From: Phoronis australis
Taxonomy: Eukaryota > Animalia > Phoronida
NCBI GenBank assembly: GCA_002633005.1
Contig: NMRA01000696.1
Span: 134,407-198,406 of the forward strand
Reading direction: 5' to 3'
DNA: 64,000 nucleotides
Under the pieces are notes generated by a model. The model ran no database searches and had not been told where the DNA came from. It saw only the letters and a program-made list of their open reading frames with translations. Positions 12,567 to 26,400 of the stretch are shown here, in pieces. Position 1 is the first letter of the stretch, and every line of letters starts with the position of its first letter. The translations under genes and the position numbers were made by a program.

Positions 12567-15500
12567 GTGCCATGGCTCAATCCATACAGGCAAGAACAAT
12601 TGCCTAAACGCAGAGTTCAATTAATTGCGCCATAACTGCTAAATCTGTATTTCCACAAGATTTAATGCACGAGGGTTCAGAGTACCAGCGGACCATAGAA
12701 GTAAGTCCATCACATACTACCTTCTCATTGAAACGTTTACAGTGAGGCTGCACATCTGGGCGAGGGAACTGACTCCTCAGAGTTTTACATAATTGGGTAT
12801 TATCTCGACATTGTTCTCTACAACTGAGAACCTGAACAGAAGAATGTTCTCCATGGTGCAAATTCACTTGAAGCAGCACTATCTCAAACCCTACCCCTGT
12901 ACGTTGAACATCACGTGAAATTGCTTGTTACAATATGTTTTGAACATCACTCTAAGCACACCAATGCCATAAATTTCCAAATGTAATGAACTAGGCTTAT
13001 TGATTTACATTCGTCTACATCACGAGAATGCTTACACGCTGTTCTATTCCAAGCTTTGTTCATTACCACTAATTTTGACCTCTTGTTCTGTGTTTTCGCG
13101 GTAAAGTTAAATGGCGTGAAAAGGCTACTTCACTTAACATTTGATAAGACTATATTTTCTTAAACATTCCTAGAACAATTAAGGTAGCCTAATAAAAAAA
13201 TCGATTCAGGACTTTTTACTCCACATTGAGCTGCCTTGTTACCTGATGTACTTCAACCACCATGAGTCTTATTTAAGGCCGTAATGACATCACTAACAAT
13301 GGCGACACCTTTTTTCAAAGAGGACCCTACTTTTTACAGGTCGTCAGACATTCAAATGTATCACAAGTGCCAGCAAACAGGACTAGACAAGATAAAACTG
13401 GTTGTGGAGGTACTCCTCCGGTACCTATTTTCCCAATTATGCAGGTATTGTGTAGGTCTGAATATTAAGGGCACAGTGTTACCGATACACTCATTATAGA
13501 TAGGACTCTTCCGATGAAATCTTATTTATCGTTACCGTCTACGCTTTAAAATATACAGTGCCAAATTTTAGAATTTTTAATTCAGTTATTTCTGTCTGCA
13601 AGCATCAGAAAGAGTATTTAAGAGAGAGCATAAAAGCTGGGAATTGCACTCTAGCAGTTTCTAAATAATTGGACAGTCAGGTGGTGACACCATCTTGCCT
13701 ATTGCCAAAGTCTCATGGAAATTGACATTTCATGGGTCCACTCAAAAATAGTTGTTGTTCGTTGATCACAACATAAGCATTACTCCAACTTGAGTCAATC
13801 CACATTTACCATGGGAAAAATAGGTCATCTTAACATTATCATGTGACCCTGCCATGCCTTTCGTAAGGGGAAAACATAGGTTCTCAAAACTGCGACGACA
13901 GACCAGTTCTTTTAATTGAAAAATTGACTTACAGCATAGAATGATAGTGCTTGGCACACTGTGGTGGTCATGGTAAGCTTCATTTTTAACAACTGAACTG
14001 CATTGACGTCCTCTGTTTGCACAAGTGCACAAGTGCAGCAAGGCTAACGTCCCAACATATCAATCCCATCACCCTTTCAGCAGACGCAGGCCCAATATGA
14101 CACATTTCATCAAAAGGTGAGCAGCAAGACTTCCAGCTATGTCATTAAATACAAACTAAATACAAACTAAATACAAACTAAATACAAACTAAACTGACCC
14201 CACATTCAATTTCTAGATGATCTTTGGATGATAAACATGATTATTATCTTACCTGCCCTCATGAGCGTTAAAATAAAATTTACCAAGTCACCTGGAAATG
14301 GTTGTTAATGAATAATATAATTTTGTGCCAATAAAACTCACATGATTACTTACATGATTACTTCGAACGAGTCTAAATAAATGTCAAATATAATAACAAC
14401 CTCAAGCTGCCTTACCATTAAGTGAAAAGATTATCGACTTCTTTGAACAATAGTTAGAAATTTATTTACCACCTCACTTGAATTACAACAAAGTTTCAAC
14501 ACATATGATGCATGTTCAGCAAATTACATTGCTCTGCCGTCTGCTTCACGTGGTGATTTTGAAAGTCTGCGGTAAGTACACTCTCTTTTGCAAGTTGTAT
14601 TTACGTCACTTCATCCCTTGTCATGTAAACGAACGTGAATTTACTTGAACCTTAATACATCACTATGCCGTTTTACGTGTTAATTGCAATAGAAAAACAT
14701 ATAAAAAAGCAAGACTTGGTCAAAAAACGGGTGTCCGAATTTCTCTCCAACTTTTTTGCTGCTACGAAATTCGTACACCATGCTTTAAGACTACTAATGG
14801 TAGACATTTTTCTTGACGCTCGTTTCAGAGTTTTCCGTACTCACGTGATGACCTTCTGTGTTAAGGGGGTCAATTCACAACTTAATTTTTCAACAACATG
14901 CAGGCCGCACACAAATTGGTAATGGCGGACATACTTTTACATTGTTATGTGGCCAGGACATGATTCCTCAAGTTTTATTATTCGTCCTACGACAACATTA
15001 CTAAATAATACCTAAATTCATTTTTGGAAATCATATAGAACTATTATGTATTTTGCCCAAGTTTTACCTATTCAGAAAGGTCTGAATTTCCCGACATTCT
15101 GTCCGACTTTCCCTACCAGCCTCTGAATTTCCCCAATTTTGACCATTGTTATTATTCTTAACACTCAAAGGCCTTAAAGCTGAACTAGTAATGAAGAGTC
15201 TCATTGGTTGATTTCTCAAAAGATTCCCCTATCAATAATTTTCCACTCTCCCGAAAGTTACTTTGCAAAATGTGTGGCGTGATAGAGAATTCTGGTGCGA
15301 CTTCATACAATTTCGACGTTTTGAGCTTATCTTGCAAATTGTCATGCTTATTTATTGCGGATGATGTATTTAATGTGGCTTATTTATAGTTTTTATCAAA
15401 ATTACTAAAAAGCATTAAAATAAGTGGGAATTACCCTTTTTGACTTCTTGCCTTCTTGGTCACCACGTCCGGGGGACAGTAATAGGTGTTATTCATTTTT

Positions 15501-15688
15501 GCACCTGCATTTCCTTCGAGACCAATTTTATTCACATTGACTTCTTTAAATAGTAAGCAAGTAAGAACCAAGAACATACACTTAATTTCGTAGACTAGTA
15601 GAGAGGTATCAAATAGATAGCACTCACTTTTTTGATGAAACGCAAAAAAGAGAATTGAAAATTCCCTCCAGAAATTTTGCATACTTAC

Positions 15689-15781
15689 ACTTCGTAATGT
15701 CTTGAAACCAAACTGTTCAAATTGGTCTGCATACTGTTTGCACATGAAGGTCTCGAGCCATCGTGCTACAGGTCCGGACAT
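15689..15781 (-). CDS. First coding exon of a SAM-domain protein (MSGPVARWLETFMCKQYADQFEQFGFKTLRS); downstream exons not confidently found in the window
   Basis: ATG at 15781, 31 codons, strong donor AGT|GTAAGTAT. The V-x-x-W-L...QY...F...G pattern matches SAM helices 1-3. Confidence 0.75.
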
Positions 15782-16315
15782 TTTTTGAAACAACTAATAA
15801 TCACAGGCTAGTATTTTGCCCGAAATCTCGAAACATCATCATGTTATTATGGCTGCCAACCACGTGACATGTCTTTCAGGAAAAGGCGAAGGTCACCGAA
15901 AACATACTTTAACGCCCCTAGCGAACACAGCTTCAACTATCTGGGAGATCACTCAGTCACCTCACTAGCCCTGAGTTCTGTAACGCTAGGACCTCGCTGA
16001 AAAGCAAGTCTTCACGAGATTACGTGAGATATTGCAGTATATTTTAAATGAAAACATGTGATTTTGACTAGATTTTAGCGAGGTCCTAGCTTTACTGAAT
16101 TCCATCCTGGGTTGAGTAGTAGACGTAAGAATCTCACGAGGGAAGCTTGTTGTATTATATGTAGCCACGGTGTATTGGGGACGATCAGAAGCTGAGGACG
16201 CCTGTGGTTTGACTGTTGTATACCACATGTTCAAGGTTACACTTGTAATACGTCCTCGCAGTCTTACGGGATCTTGCTTTTTTGCGAAATTCTCGTGCTT
16301 TTGGAATACACGTAA

Positions 16316-16553
16316 GGGGCCTAGCCAAAAAACTAAGACATGGATTTAAGTCAATTTTAAGATGACTTCAGATTTGTCTTAAGTCCGTTCCAAGAAAGTG
16401 ATATTGAGTTTAACTTAAGTTTCCTTACTTGAGTTTTGTCTATAAGTTCAACTAACTTACCAGATGTGGAAGTATCAAAGTTTGGAAGTTGAGACAAAAA
16501 ATCTTAGACTTAAGTAAGAAGTGAACTTGAGTCAGTTTCTTGGAACGAGCCCC
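16316..16553. mobile_element. Short palindromic MITE (Harbinger-like GGGG...CCCC ends)
   Basis: GGGGC...AAACT ends pair with AGTTTCTTGGAACGAGCCCC; multiple internal CTTAAG palindromes. Confidence 0.45.
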
Positions 16554-19500
16554 AGAACAGTACACACTGGTAGGCCTATTAACCGGAACTCTTCAAAAAA
16601 CGGACATGAGTTTTAAAAAATTATAGATTCGAGTCTAATGATCTGGTCCACTAAATTCGCTATTATGACTGTCAGTGAAAGATTAGGTGCATGCTCCTGT
16701 ACTAGGTACACACCAGTTGACTTATAGAGAAATCCTCGAGAAGAAAGTGTTTAAAATGATGTGAGTGGCAACTTGACTTGGTCGTTAGCCTACAAAAGTG
16801 TAGACACTGACGAGCAGTGATTATTTTTCGTTATAAAATGAAAAGTAAGAATGGACAGCACACTCCAGCAATGGTTATCACTAATTAATAGTTAATTAGT
16901 AACTAATTCTAACCTTCTTTTCAACACGGATAGTAACTCATTGTACTGATTTTGGAAGATCACTGACTTTCATGGTAGCACAGACTACAATTTCCACCGG
17001 ATCCACTTTTTATTACCTGAAGTGGCACATCTGATTTTCAGAACTAAAAAGCGCACACTTGGATGTTTTTCCAGAAGGGGCTCTATAGTCTACAGCCAGT
17101 CTTTTAGTGTGTCCAGTCGGATGCCCTCTGAGTTCGTTTGATTTCGCCTCCTCAAATGACATATTCGTGTACAACTTGAAATATACTTTAAAACATGACG
17201 TTGACTTATTAATAAAGCAAACTAAAAACGAACTTAGTATTTTGCGGGTTCGACCGCACTTAAATATAAACTTTAATATGATCAACAGTGATAGGACAAG
17301 GTGCATGCACTAAACGGAGAATTCGGAAACTCTTGCCTGAAGAACAGTATACTGCATTCTGAAGTTCCAGAATCTCGTGCATTAGACCCTGGAACTCACA
17401 AACGGCATCTAGCTAGACTTCTCTGCGGACCATGCTGCACAGCCCGGTGCCCGGCAGCGCACAAAATTGTTCTCTAGCACATTCCCCACCTGACCACTTT
17501 CCCCCGAATATATGTCTTTGCTCGGTGACGGACCACCATTCTAATGCACACGAAAGCTATTCTGCCTCGCAACCCGCACTCCCTTCTCTTCTCGTCGTTT
17601 CATTAACACCGAACTGGCGATAGCCTAGTATTGAAAATCTCTCCGCTCAAATCACTGAAGTTTCCCTTGTAAACATATTCCAACCATTGATTATTCATTT
17701 TCAACAGAATCATTTCTCAGCTGCCTTTAAGCTTTAAAAAAACAAAACAAATATTCAAACAGTGACGCCTGTTGACTGTTGATAATGGCCAGTGAAAATA
17801 CTATTGCACCCACTTTGGGCCCAGCAATACAAGTCGCCGATTGTTCTCATATGCCACGATGAACCCATGAGCAACATCGATAAAATTTTTCAGTGAAATT
17901 TGATTAACTATATATTATTCACAGTATTAAGAGAAACACAGTTTTTGTTTGATTTCAATATTTTCAAACAATTCATTGAAAGAAATGAAACAGTATCGGA
18001 AAATAGTCCTATCGACGAGTTCGTCCATGAGAGATGTGGCACCGTGGACAGGGAATAATTTGGGGAAGCTGAGTTGGTTTGTCCGCCAGCAAAGAAACTT
18101 ATGTACGAGAGAATACTTTTTTATGGGCGGACAGTAACGGGATCTGATAAAGCAAACATAACGTGGACAGTTTGGGGCTATTAGTTGGAGCCTCTCGTAG
18201 TGCCTCACCAACAGGTAGGCCTACCTCTCACTTTTCGCTCGTCTTTAGCATTTTGGGCCCGTCCAATTTTAGGCCCATCCTTTCATTCGAAATTGACTTT
18301 CCCATTGGCAGTCCGACGACCATTTTTCAGGTTGATCTTCATTGATTTATTGTACTGCGCTCGGCTTGCGAGAGAATTCATTCACAAAAAATCACGTGCA
18401 CCCAAATGTAGTCACAAAAACAACTTTTGATTTAGACAACTTGGTTATGAAATTGGTCTAAAATTGTTCCTTAGTCAAATTAGAGGTGATTTTAGTGTTT
18501 CTTCGGCGTTACTATTCGGGACTGGGCTTCACAAGTTGGGGATTGTCACTGCGGGTCATTTTATGCACTGAGCAAGATTCACGGAATAATGAACTGTAAG
18601 ACAAGAAATCACTTTCAATGTCTCATCTGAACAAGAAACGAGCCGAGATCACTATATAGCGAAAAGTGGTCTAAATCAACACCACTTCTTCATAGCAACC
18701 CAAGGTCTACATTGAACGGTAATACTTGTTAATTTACTTCTTACAATATCAAGGACGCCAGACCCGGTTTTGATATTAAAAATGGCGTTCCCATATAGTC
18801 CACTGAAACAAAAAAAATGCCTTGTAACCCGAGGTCGACAACCCTCAAATATTTTAAATATCTCAAGCAAAACATGAAAATTCTACCGTCCACCAAGTAC
18901 CATAATATCCTATCTGGGACAGAGAAAAAACGAGTTTTAGTTGAATCCTGCTTTTATCACTCGAGTTGGACGGTGCATTACTACGTGGCAGAACGAGGAT
19001 TGATTGAAATCATCAAAACAGGGTTTAGTATCTTTTTCAATATATCACCGACTACACTAAAGTAATAAATATCCAAATGCAATCAACGGTTAGGTTTGTT
19101 GCCGTACTTTCTCACATCAACTCTAGAATCTTTAGTATTCAAGCGAATTCAAGCAACTGCGAACATCAACCACATTGGTATTCCATTCGATAAACTGTTA
19201 CCAACGGCAAATAAATACTTATATCGGTTTTACCAGAAACTTTCACTACTGTTATCAGCTGTTGTCGTTCGCTCTTTATGCGCGGTGACGTATCATTTTG
19301 CGTTTTCAAATTGTGCTTTCTTGTGTTCTTAAACCATTGGTAACACTACCTGGACAGTCCAATACATAAGAATAACAAAAAGCCGGTCAAGAAAGGCTTT
19401 AAAGAGGCATGGAACGCGAAAGCTCGTCAAAACATGTTTTAAATTATTCCTGACGAAAGTACCATCTCGGAACGTCTACTACAGACTATTTCACTTTTCC

Positions 19501-20440
19501 TGGCAGGGAATTTCCAGAAACAATCACAAAATTCACGATTTTGGAAATACGTTCGAAGGAAAAAACTGTAGTCACCAGAGTTTCTTATCTCCCTCTCACT
19601 TAAGATAAATTCGCGCAAGCTCTCACAGTCATTAGAAAAAACATTGGACAAGGTAATGCGTAGCAGCTTTAAAATATTGATTTATTTTGGGAAGTCTTTA
19701 ATCTCAGTATAAAATAAATATATACACAAAACGGACGGAGAGTAGCGTAGATGAATATCCCACGAAACATAATAATGATGTAGAGTGAGATATTATTTCA
19801 TCAACGCCAATCGAGCTACCTTTTTGTATTTATCCCATAGGCTTCCAAGTCCTAAGTTTCTTTCATTTTTTTGCAGATTTTTTAATGTTTCACCCAGATT
19901 GTTTACCTGGCGGATCACATATTCTCAAGTTAGTAAAAGAACCTGTTTTAAATGTAATATTTATTACTTGAAAAAGATAACAAAGATGAAAAGAACAATA
20001 ATTGTGCATTGAACTTGTAAAATTTCCTCAATATAGTTAAATAACAACATTTAATATTGTAGTTACGAGGAATCCGCGCCCGACTTGCAAACGATATATT
20101 TAGCAATTGAAAACTGAGACAGAAGTGTCTTATAATAAACAGTTTTGTACCAGATGTTACACGTGGGACCTGATTGCATGTTAAGTGTTATTTATACTGC
20201 TGCTACCCACGTGGAGTCGACATTGACCTACCTTTTGAACTTTCCATGTCAAAGGGCACTGTTGAAGTAGTCCGGGAGTGCAATACAAAACACAGTATCA
20301 CATGGACGTATGGCACTGGACTCATTCAATGCGTATGGAATAAACGTCTCTTCTAGCAAATGCAAATTTTATTAATAATAGAGTATATTTACAAAAAAAT
20401 CATACATTTTTCCAAACTATGAGTCACAATAAGATGTCAG

Positions 20441-23400
20441 TTATTTCTTCAACTTCAGGAATCCTCCAGTTGATGAAAAGTACTTTTCATTTGCTTCCTG
20501 CACTTTCCTTTCTGCTGCCAAAGGATTGACAATCTCAAGGCCCTGCAAGGAAATGAATGCTAGATAGAACATTACATGCTATAGAATGCACAATGGCCCA
20601 GCAAACACTTGTCAAATAGTTGAAACAGCATCCACAGTCAAAATGTATTGATTGTATTGATACTGCAAGCTTAAACTGTCTATTCCAAAAACAGCAAAAT
20701 TGCTAGCTTCAACTGTTTAACAGTCTATTAACAGCACATTAAATTCATGATCCTTAGACATATTAAAAACAAGTACAATACAGCCCCTTGGATCACTGTC
20801 ATTAACCAGGTTGAACAAACGTTTTCTGCAGTATGTTAAAAAAACACCAAGCAGCACTCTGTTAAAACAGACTAACTTACGGTTCATATCACGTCTGCCT
20901 GCATATGTTTTTGATTTCCTACCAGTAACTGTATCACATAACATCATAAAACTGATCTCAAATTGTATCTTTCTCAGATTAAGATGCATTTTTTGGCTTG
21001 AGAAGAAGTGTCACTTGGTCATACTCAGTACATGAAAACCAGCCGCAAGGGGAGACAACTTTGTTGAGATTGGTCTAAAGCAATAACAGTCTGCCAATTT
21101 ATTCAACTCCCAAAATCCATTCTAGTTTGAGTACGTAATAAGTTTATAAGTGATTGGTTCCCATCATCAGCTCTTTGAGAGAAGACAGCTTCATCGGAAA
21201 ACAATTCGAAGTTAAATATGCAGGGTGAGGTGTTCTATGGACTACTTGGGTACCCCAGTGTAATTATATGAACTATACCAAGGCCACAGCCAGCTGTTGC
21301 AACAGAGAGGTGTGATTTTGTGATTAATTGACCTTCTATCCTCCTCTCACAAAGTCAATCAAGAACAAAACTAGCTTGGCTAAAGCCGACCACAATGGCT
21401 GGTTGGGGTGTATTGGTACACCTTTGACAAAAGGCATAAGACAGTTACCTGTAAAGGAGTGAAGGCCACACTAGATGCTGTACCAGAGATCTGCTTCTTA
21501 ACTGTTGTACTGCCTCCCCATACATTCTGTTTCTGAATTTTTTGCTGGAAAAACAAAAAAAGCAAAAAATTTTGTTGGTATTTAAGCAGTACATCGGCAC
21601 ACTGTAACAATAGGAAATGAGTACCCACATCCTGAAATACACAACTATGCTGTAGCTACCTGCAATGATGCACGCAAACATTAGTAGGTGGAGTGAGCTG
21701 CACCATGGTTAGAATCTAGCGAGAAAGTGGCTGTTCAATTATCTTAGTATTGCCTCATTTCAGATTCATGATTTTAGTCGCGTTATAAACACGGAGTTTG
21801 ATGATTGTGCAGTGTCCTTGCACCAACAGGATGATACGGCTAAGAACATTCTATTGTTTCTATTTCCACTTGTCATTTTTGTTATGCAGATTTTCACCTC
21901 GTAGCAAGCTCCATTTGTAGATCTATATCTCAACTTTCACCATGGTTGAAAACACAATGTATGATTCATTTTATTTCTATTATATAGGTTGTACCAGATG
22001 TGAGCAGGCCTCGCATGTGGGCCCAATGCACTGATCACCTGGAAATATTTTTATGCTTTATTAATATATCGTTAAAACCGAGCTGAGGAGCTAGAAACCT
22101 GGCTCAAGGGTTTAGCAGTGTGACCTGGTGGGACTCGAACACATAGTCTGTATCTTTCACAAGAGAAAATGGCCTCATGTTAATCACAAATTATGAATCA
22201 AATGAAATCGCGTGTCCCCAATATATGGTAGTACTTGTAGTGTTTTGGATATCCTAGCTTTGGTCTTGTTGTCCACAACAGGCCCACGTATCCTTCCAGA
22301 CTTGTTCTTCAAAGTTCCCAATGAGAAGCCAAGATCTTCTTGATAAGCGTCCATTTCAATCTGAAATTCGTAATTTTACTTCTTAGTTACATTATGAAGC
22401 AGCATTCAAATTTACAAGTGAATGCCACTTGCTTCAAGAGCAGTTAACTGTTATGATGTATATATGTAGGCCTATGTATGTTATGAAGAATATATGTAGG
22501 CCTGTGTATCTTATCTATGTACGTAAGGATGAAGGTAAATGGTTAAGTAGGTTTGTCTGTAAATATGTATGTAGGTATGGAAGTGTCTGAGGAAATAACG
22601 AGGGCTGCATTAGTGAGACTCAAGGGCTCAATGATGAATCATAACCTAACTTAAAAAATACCGAAGTTCTCCTCTGACAATTTCCAAAAACAAATTTTTC
22701 TTGAGCCCAACATCAGACTAAGAAAGAAAGTTACATCTAAAGTGAAATGCTACAAATTCTAATATTGGGCTCAAAGCAAATTGCATACCTATTAAAATTT
22801 AAGTTAAGAAAGTATATTGAGGTGAAGTTTATAGATTCATCAAATGAACATGGATGAAACATCACCTCTCCAAAAGTCATTCTGTTTGCCTGTTTCCTCA
22901 TTTCAGTCATTCCAAGCCTTTCCTTCATTTTCCTTGCTCTACAATACAATGACTGACAATGGTGTTGGCTGTATGATCCACAGATAACAACCCACAATAT
23001 ACAATATAATGACTGACAATGGTTTGACCGTATGGTCAACAAATAACAACCCACAATATACAATATAATGACTGACAATGGTTTAACTGTATGATCCACA
23101 AATAACAACCCAAAACCCTACTTTAGAACCCACTGAACCTAGAGCTAAACTCACCACAAAAGGTCAACCTCACTTAGCAAACCCTACAGCAAACAGGATT
23201 CACCTTGAGTTTGCTGATGAGATGCCATGCACACAGCACAGTGCATTTAAACATTCACACCATATACTCATCCATTTTTTCACTTATATTTACGTGTTCA
23301 AACTCATACTACAAGCCATTAAATTCGCAAAAGTGAATCATGTTAATAAAAATACTTCATTTGCATCCAAAAGTTTGCTAAGTAGACTCACAACCACTCT

Positions 23401-26400
23401 GCGTTAGGTTTAAAGTCTGGTGAACATCTCTAACATCTGGTTCCTAATTGGTCAATTAAGGATGAGGGCAACAGGTGACCATAAAAGCATTGCTTTTACA
23501 ACCTGAACTGGCAGAACTTGAGTCAGAATTCCCATAATGTGGAATGTTGTCCAATCACTATGTCCACCACTCACAATGTCACTGAAGCAGAATATGTTCT
23601 TTTGGTTGACAGCACAACTGTGTTTCTATTTTCATACCTCATGAAGGTTATTAATAAAAAAGGAATACCAGTGGCAGATTTAGAGGGAGGCCAAGGCTCC
23701 CACTAAAATTCTCCAAGATTCCATTGGGCAGTTCGGGAGTGCCTATGTCTGACAGGCAAAATCCTGGCTAATACTCTGCCCTGGCCCACCCTAGCTCAAA
23801 ATCCTGGATCCGCCCATGAATACTGTGCAATTGAAAGCACTGAGCAACAATCTAATATCAATATTTGTCTAAAAATATAAAAAATAAGACCAATATAAGA
23901 CAATTTGAAATGTTAAGGTACGTATGCAAATCACATCGTGAAAAATATGACCAAAAGTCTTGTTTTTGAGATGTTCACCAGGCTCTAATGAAAAACGTAA
24001 ATAAATAGATATAAGTTAGTGGCGTTTCCCATATGACACAGTCCTGCCCAACTGTTTCCCATACGACACAATCCTGCCCAACTGTTTCCCATATGACTCA
24101 ATCCTGCTCAATTCGCTGCTCTGGCCCAAATCCCATCACCCACTACAATGGGTCACATCATCCCCCAGTGATTTGCATCTTAAATGGCAGTTTAAATTTT
24201 CAAGTGTGGGGTTCGAGTTTGCAAGCCCACGTCATTGTCAAATCTTGTTCAGTTCACGTCACTTCAGTTCACTGACCTCCGCCCTCCTCTCTTCTTCCTG
24301 GGAGCATCAATAGGTGCTGGTAGTGCCTTCACAGTCTTGACAGGTGGCGGCTCCTGCAGTTTATCTAGCTTCTCATCAATGTCTGCTCGTAGTTTGTGGC
24401 CAATTTGGCCTACATTGCTCTCATGGAAACTGTCCACTCGAGCAGCTAAGATGGACTTGGCAGCTACAAGACGGGCGGCCTTTCGTCGCAGATCCTGTAG
24501 GGAGGACCAGCTTTGAATGAATGTTATTACGTAAAATTCCCTACTCCATAAAACATTTTTGTAACCCATAAAAGGTGACAATACAGCACAAAACTAGTTG
24601 TATTGAGATAAAGCTTGCGATAAATCAAGTAATAAAGCATAACAGAGAATGAAAATGTATGTCTTATGTGGTAAAACAACTTGAATCAAATATCTATATT
24701 TCTTGATTATATATGAGACTGAATATCAGGGCAGCAGCACCAACACAATACACTGAACATCAGGGCAGCAGCACCAACACAATACACTGAATATCAGGGC
24801 AGCAGCACCAACATAATACACTGAATATCACGGCAGCAGCACTAACACAATACACTGAATATCACGGCAGCAACACCAACACAATACACTGAAGCTTCCC
24901 TTTTAAAAAAGCCTGAGTCTGACTGACCCCGATTCCGTCAGTTGTGACAGGCTGGGTAATAAGAGGAGGCAGAATTAAAAGAACACTCTTGTCTACAAAG
25001 CAAGACCAAATCTTTTGAGAACTCAGAATAAAGTTACAAGAAATGAAAATAAACATTTTTCGCTTACCAAAGTAGAGATATAACAACCTACATCAACAAA
25101 CTGAGGATTGAAAACCGGTGCAATACAATCGTAATATGCACAAATACTCCTGTTTTGTTATTGAAGCCAACTCATTCATGACAAGAAATCCAAACTTGGC
25201 TATCAGCCTGCTCCACCTACACACACTACAGTACTTACAGGCTGTTAGCCTGCTCCAGCCACACACGGCTATTAGCCCGCTCCAGCCACACACGGCTATT
25301 AGCCCGCTCCAGCCACACACGGCTATTAGCCCGCTCCAGCCACACACGGCTATTAGCCCGCTCCAGCCACACACGGCTATTAGCCCGCTCCAGCCACACA
25401 TGGCTATTAGCCTGCTCCAGCCACACATGGCTATTAGCCTGCTTCAGCCACACATGGCTATTAGCCTGCTCCAGCCACACATGGCTGTTAGCCTGCTCCA
25501 CCCACACACGCTGCAGTACTTACTGGAGGAGTGCCTTGGACAACGTCACTGAAGTAGATAAAGCCAGTGTGGGGTAGTACGGCAGTTTGTGAGAACCCAG
25601 ACAATGTTTTCTTCTGTTGACCTAGCAGTAGGACATTACATGCAGGCATCTTAGATAAGTTGGTCAAACCGCCCGCAGCACCTGAAATTGCAGAAATAGC
25701 ACTATGACCAGAACCTCTGGTAACGGGCAGATATAGCATTCGGACCAGAGCCTCTGACAATGGGCAGATATAGCACTATGACCTGAGCCTCTGGTAATGG
25801 ACAACTATTGCAGTGCCAAAGAAGCAGGCTGATTTGGTTTGCACTCTTTGGACCCCCTCATAGTTCAAATATGGTTATAGTAAAATCTCCCAATTTAGAA
25901 CAAAATATGTCACAAAAGTGAAATTTTGCTTTTTTATTTTTGTACAGAAGGTATGCAGTACCAAACATATTTCATCCTTTTAAATGTCTATACTATACCT
26001 ACCACAACACAATAGTTATGAGAAGTTGAGGGCATTCACAGCAGTGTTAGAAGTCTATCAAAAAATGTTAATTTTGGCAATTATTTTGTCTGAAATTGGT
26101 AGATGTTACCATATGCATGATTACATCAAAATTCAATATCTTGGACTTTAAATTATGTGAACAGGTCGAAACCTTTTTATACTCAATGAACCAAGAAATT
26201 TCAAGTAGTAAAATACATCAAATATTCAAGTCAGTTTCTGCAAACAAGCAAGCATAATAGATTCAACATCGTAAACAATAGTGAAAGTATCGGATATTCC
26301 ACTCACCCATTATCTTAGCTGCAGTGGAGGCACCCACTATAACAGAGAGGTTGGGTGCAATAAAGGACATTCTGGACTCCACATAACTGAATATTGTGGC

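Noticed and set aside
22095-22150. tRNA-like B box (GTTCGAGTCCC on minus)
   Set aside because: No cloverleaf can be formed; at most a decayed tRNA-derived SINE head.
22623-22708. C/D snoRNA-like arrangement (GGGCTCAA-TGATGA ... TTGAGCCC terminal stem)
   Set aside because: Antisense to the PRPF31 host intron and no CTGA D box adjacent to the 3' stem.
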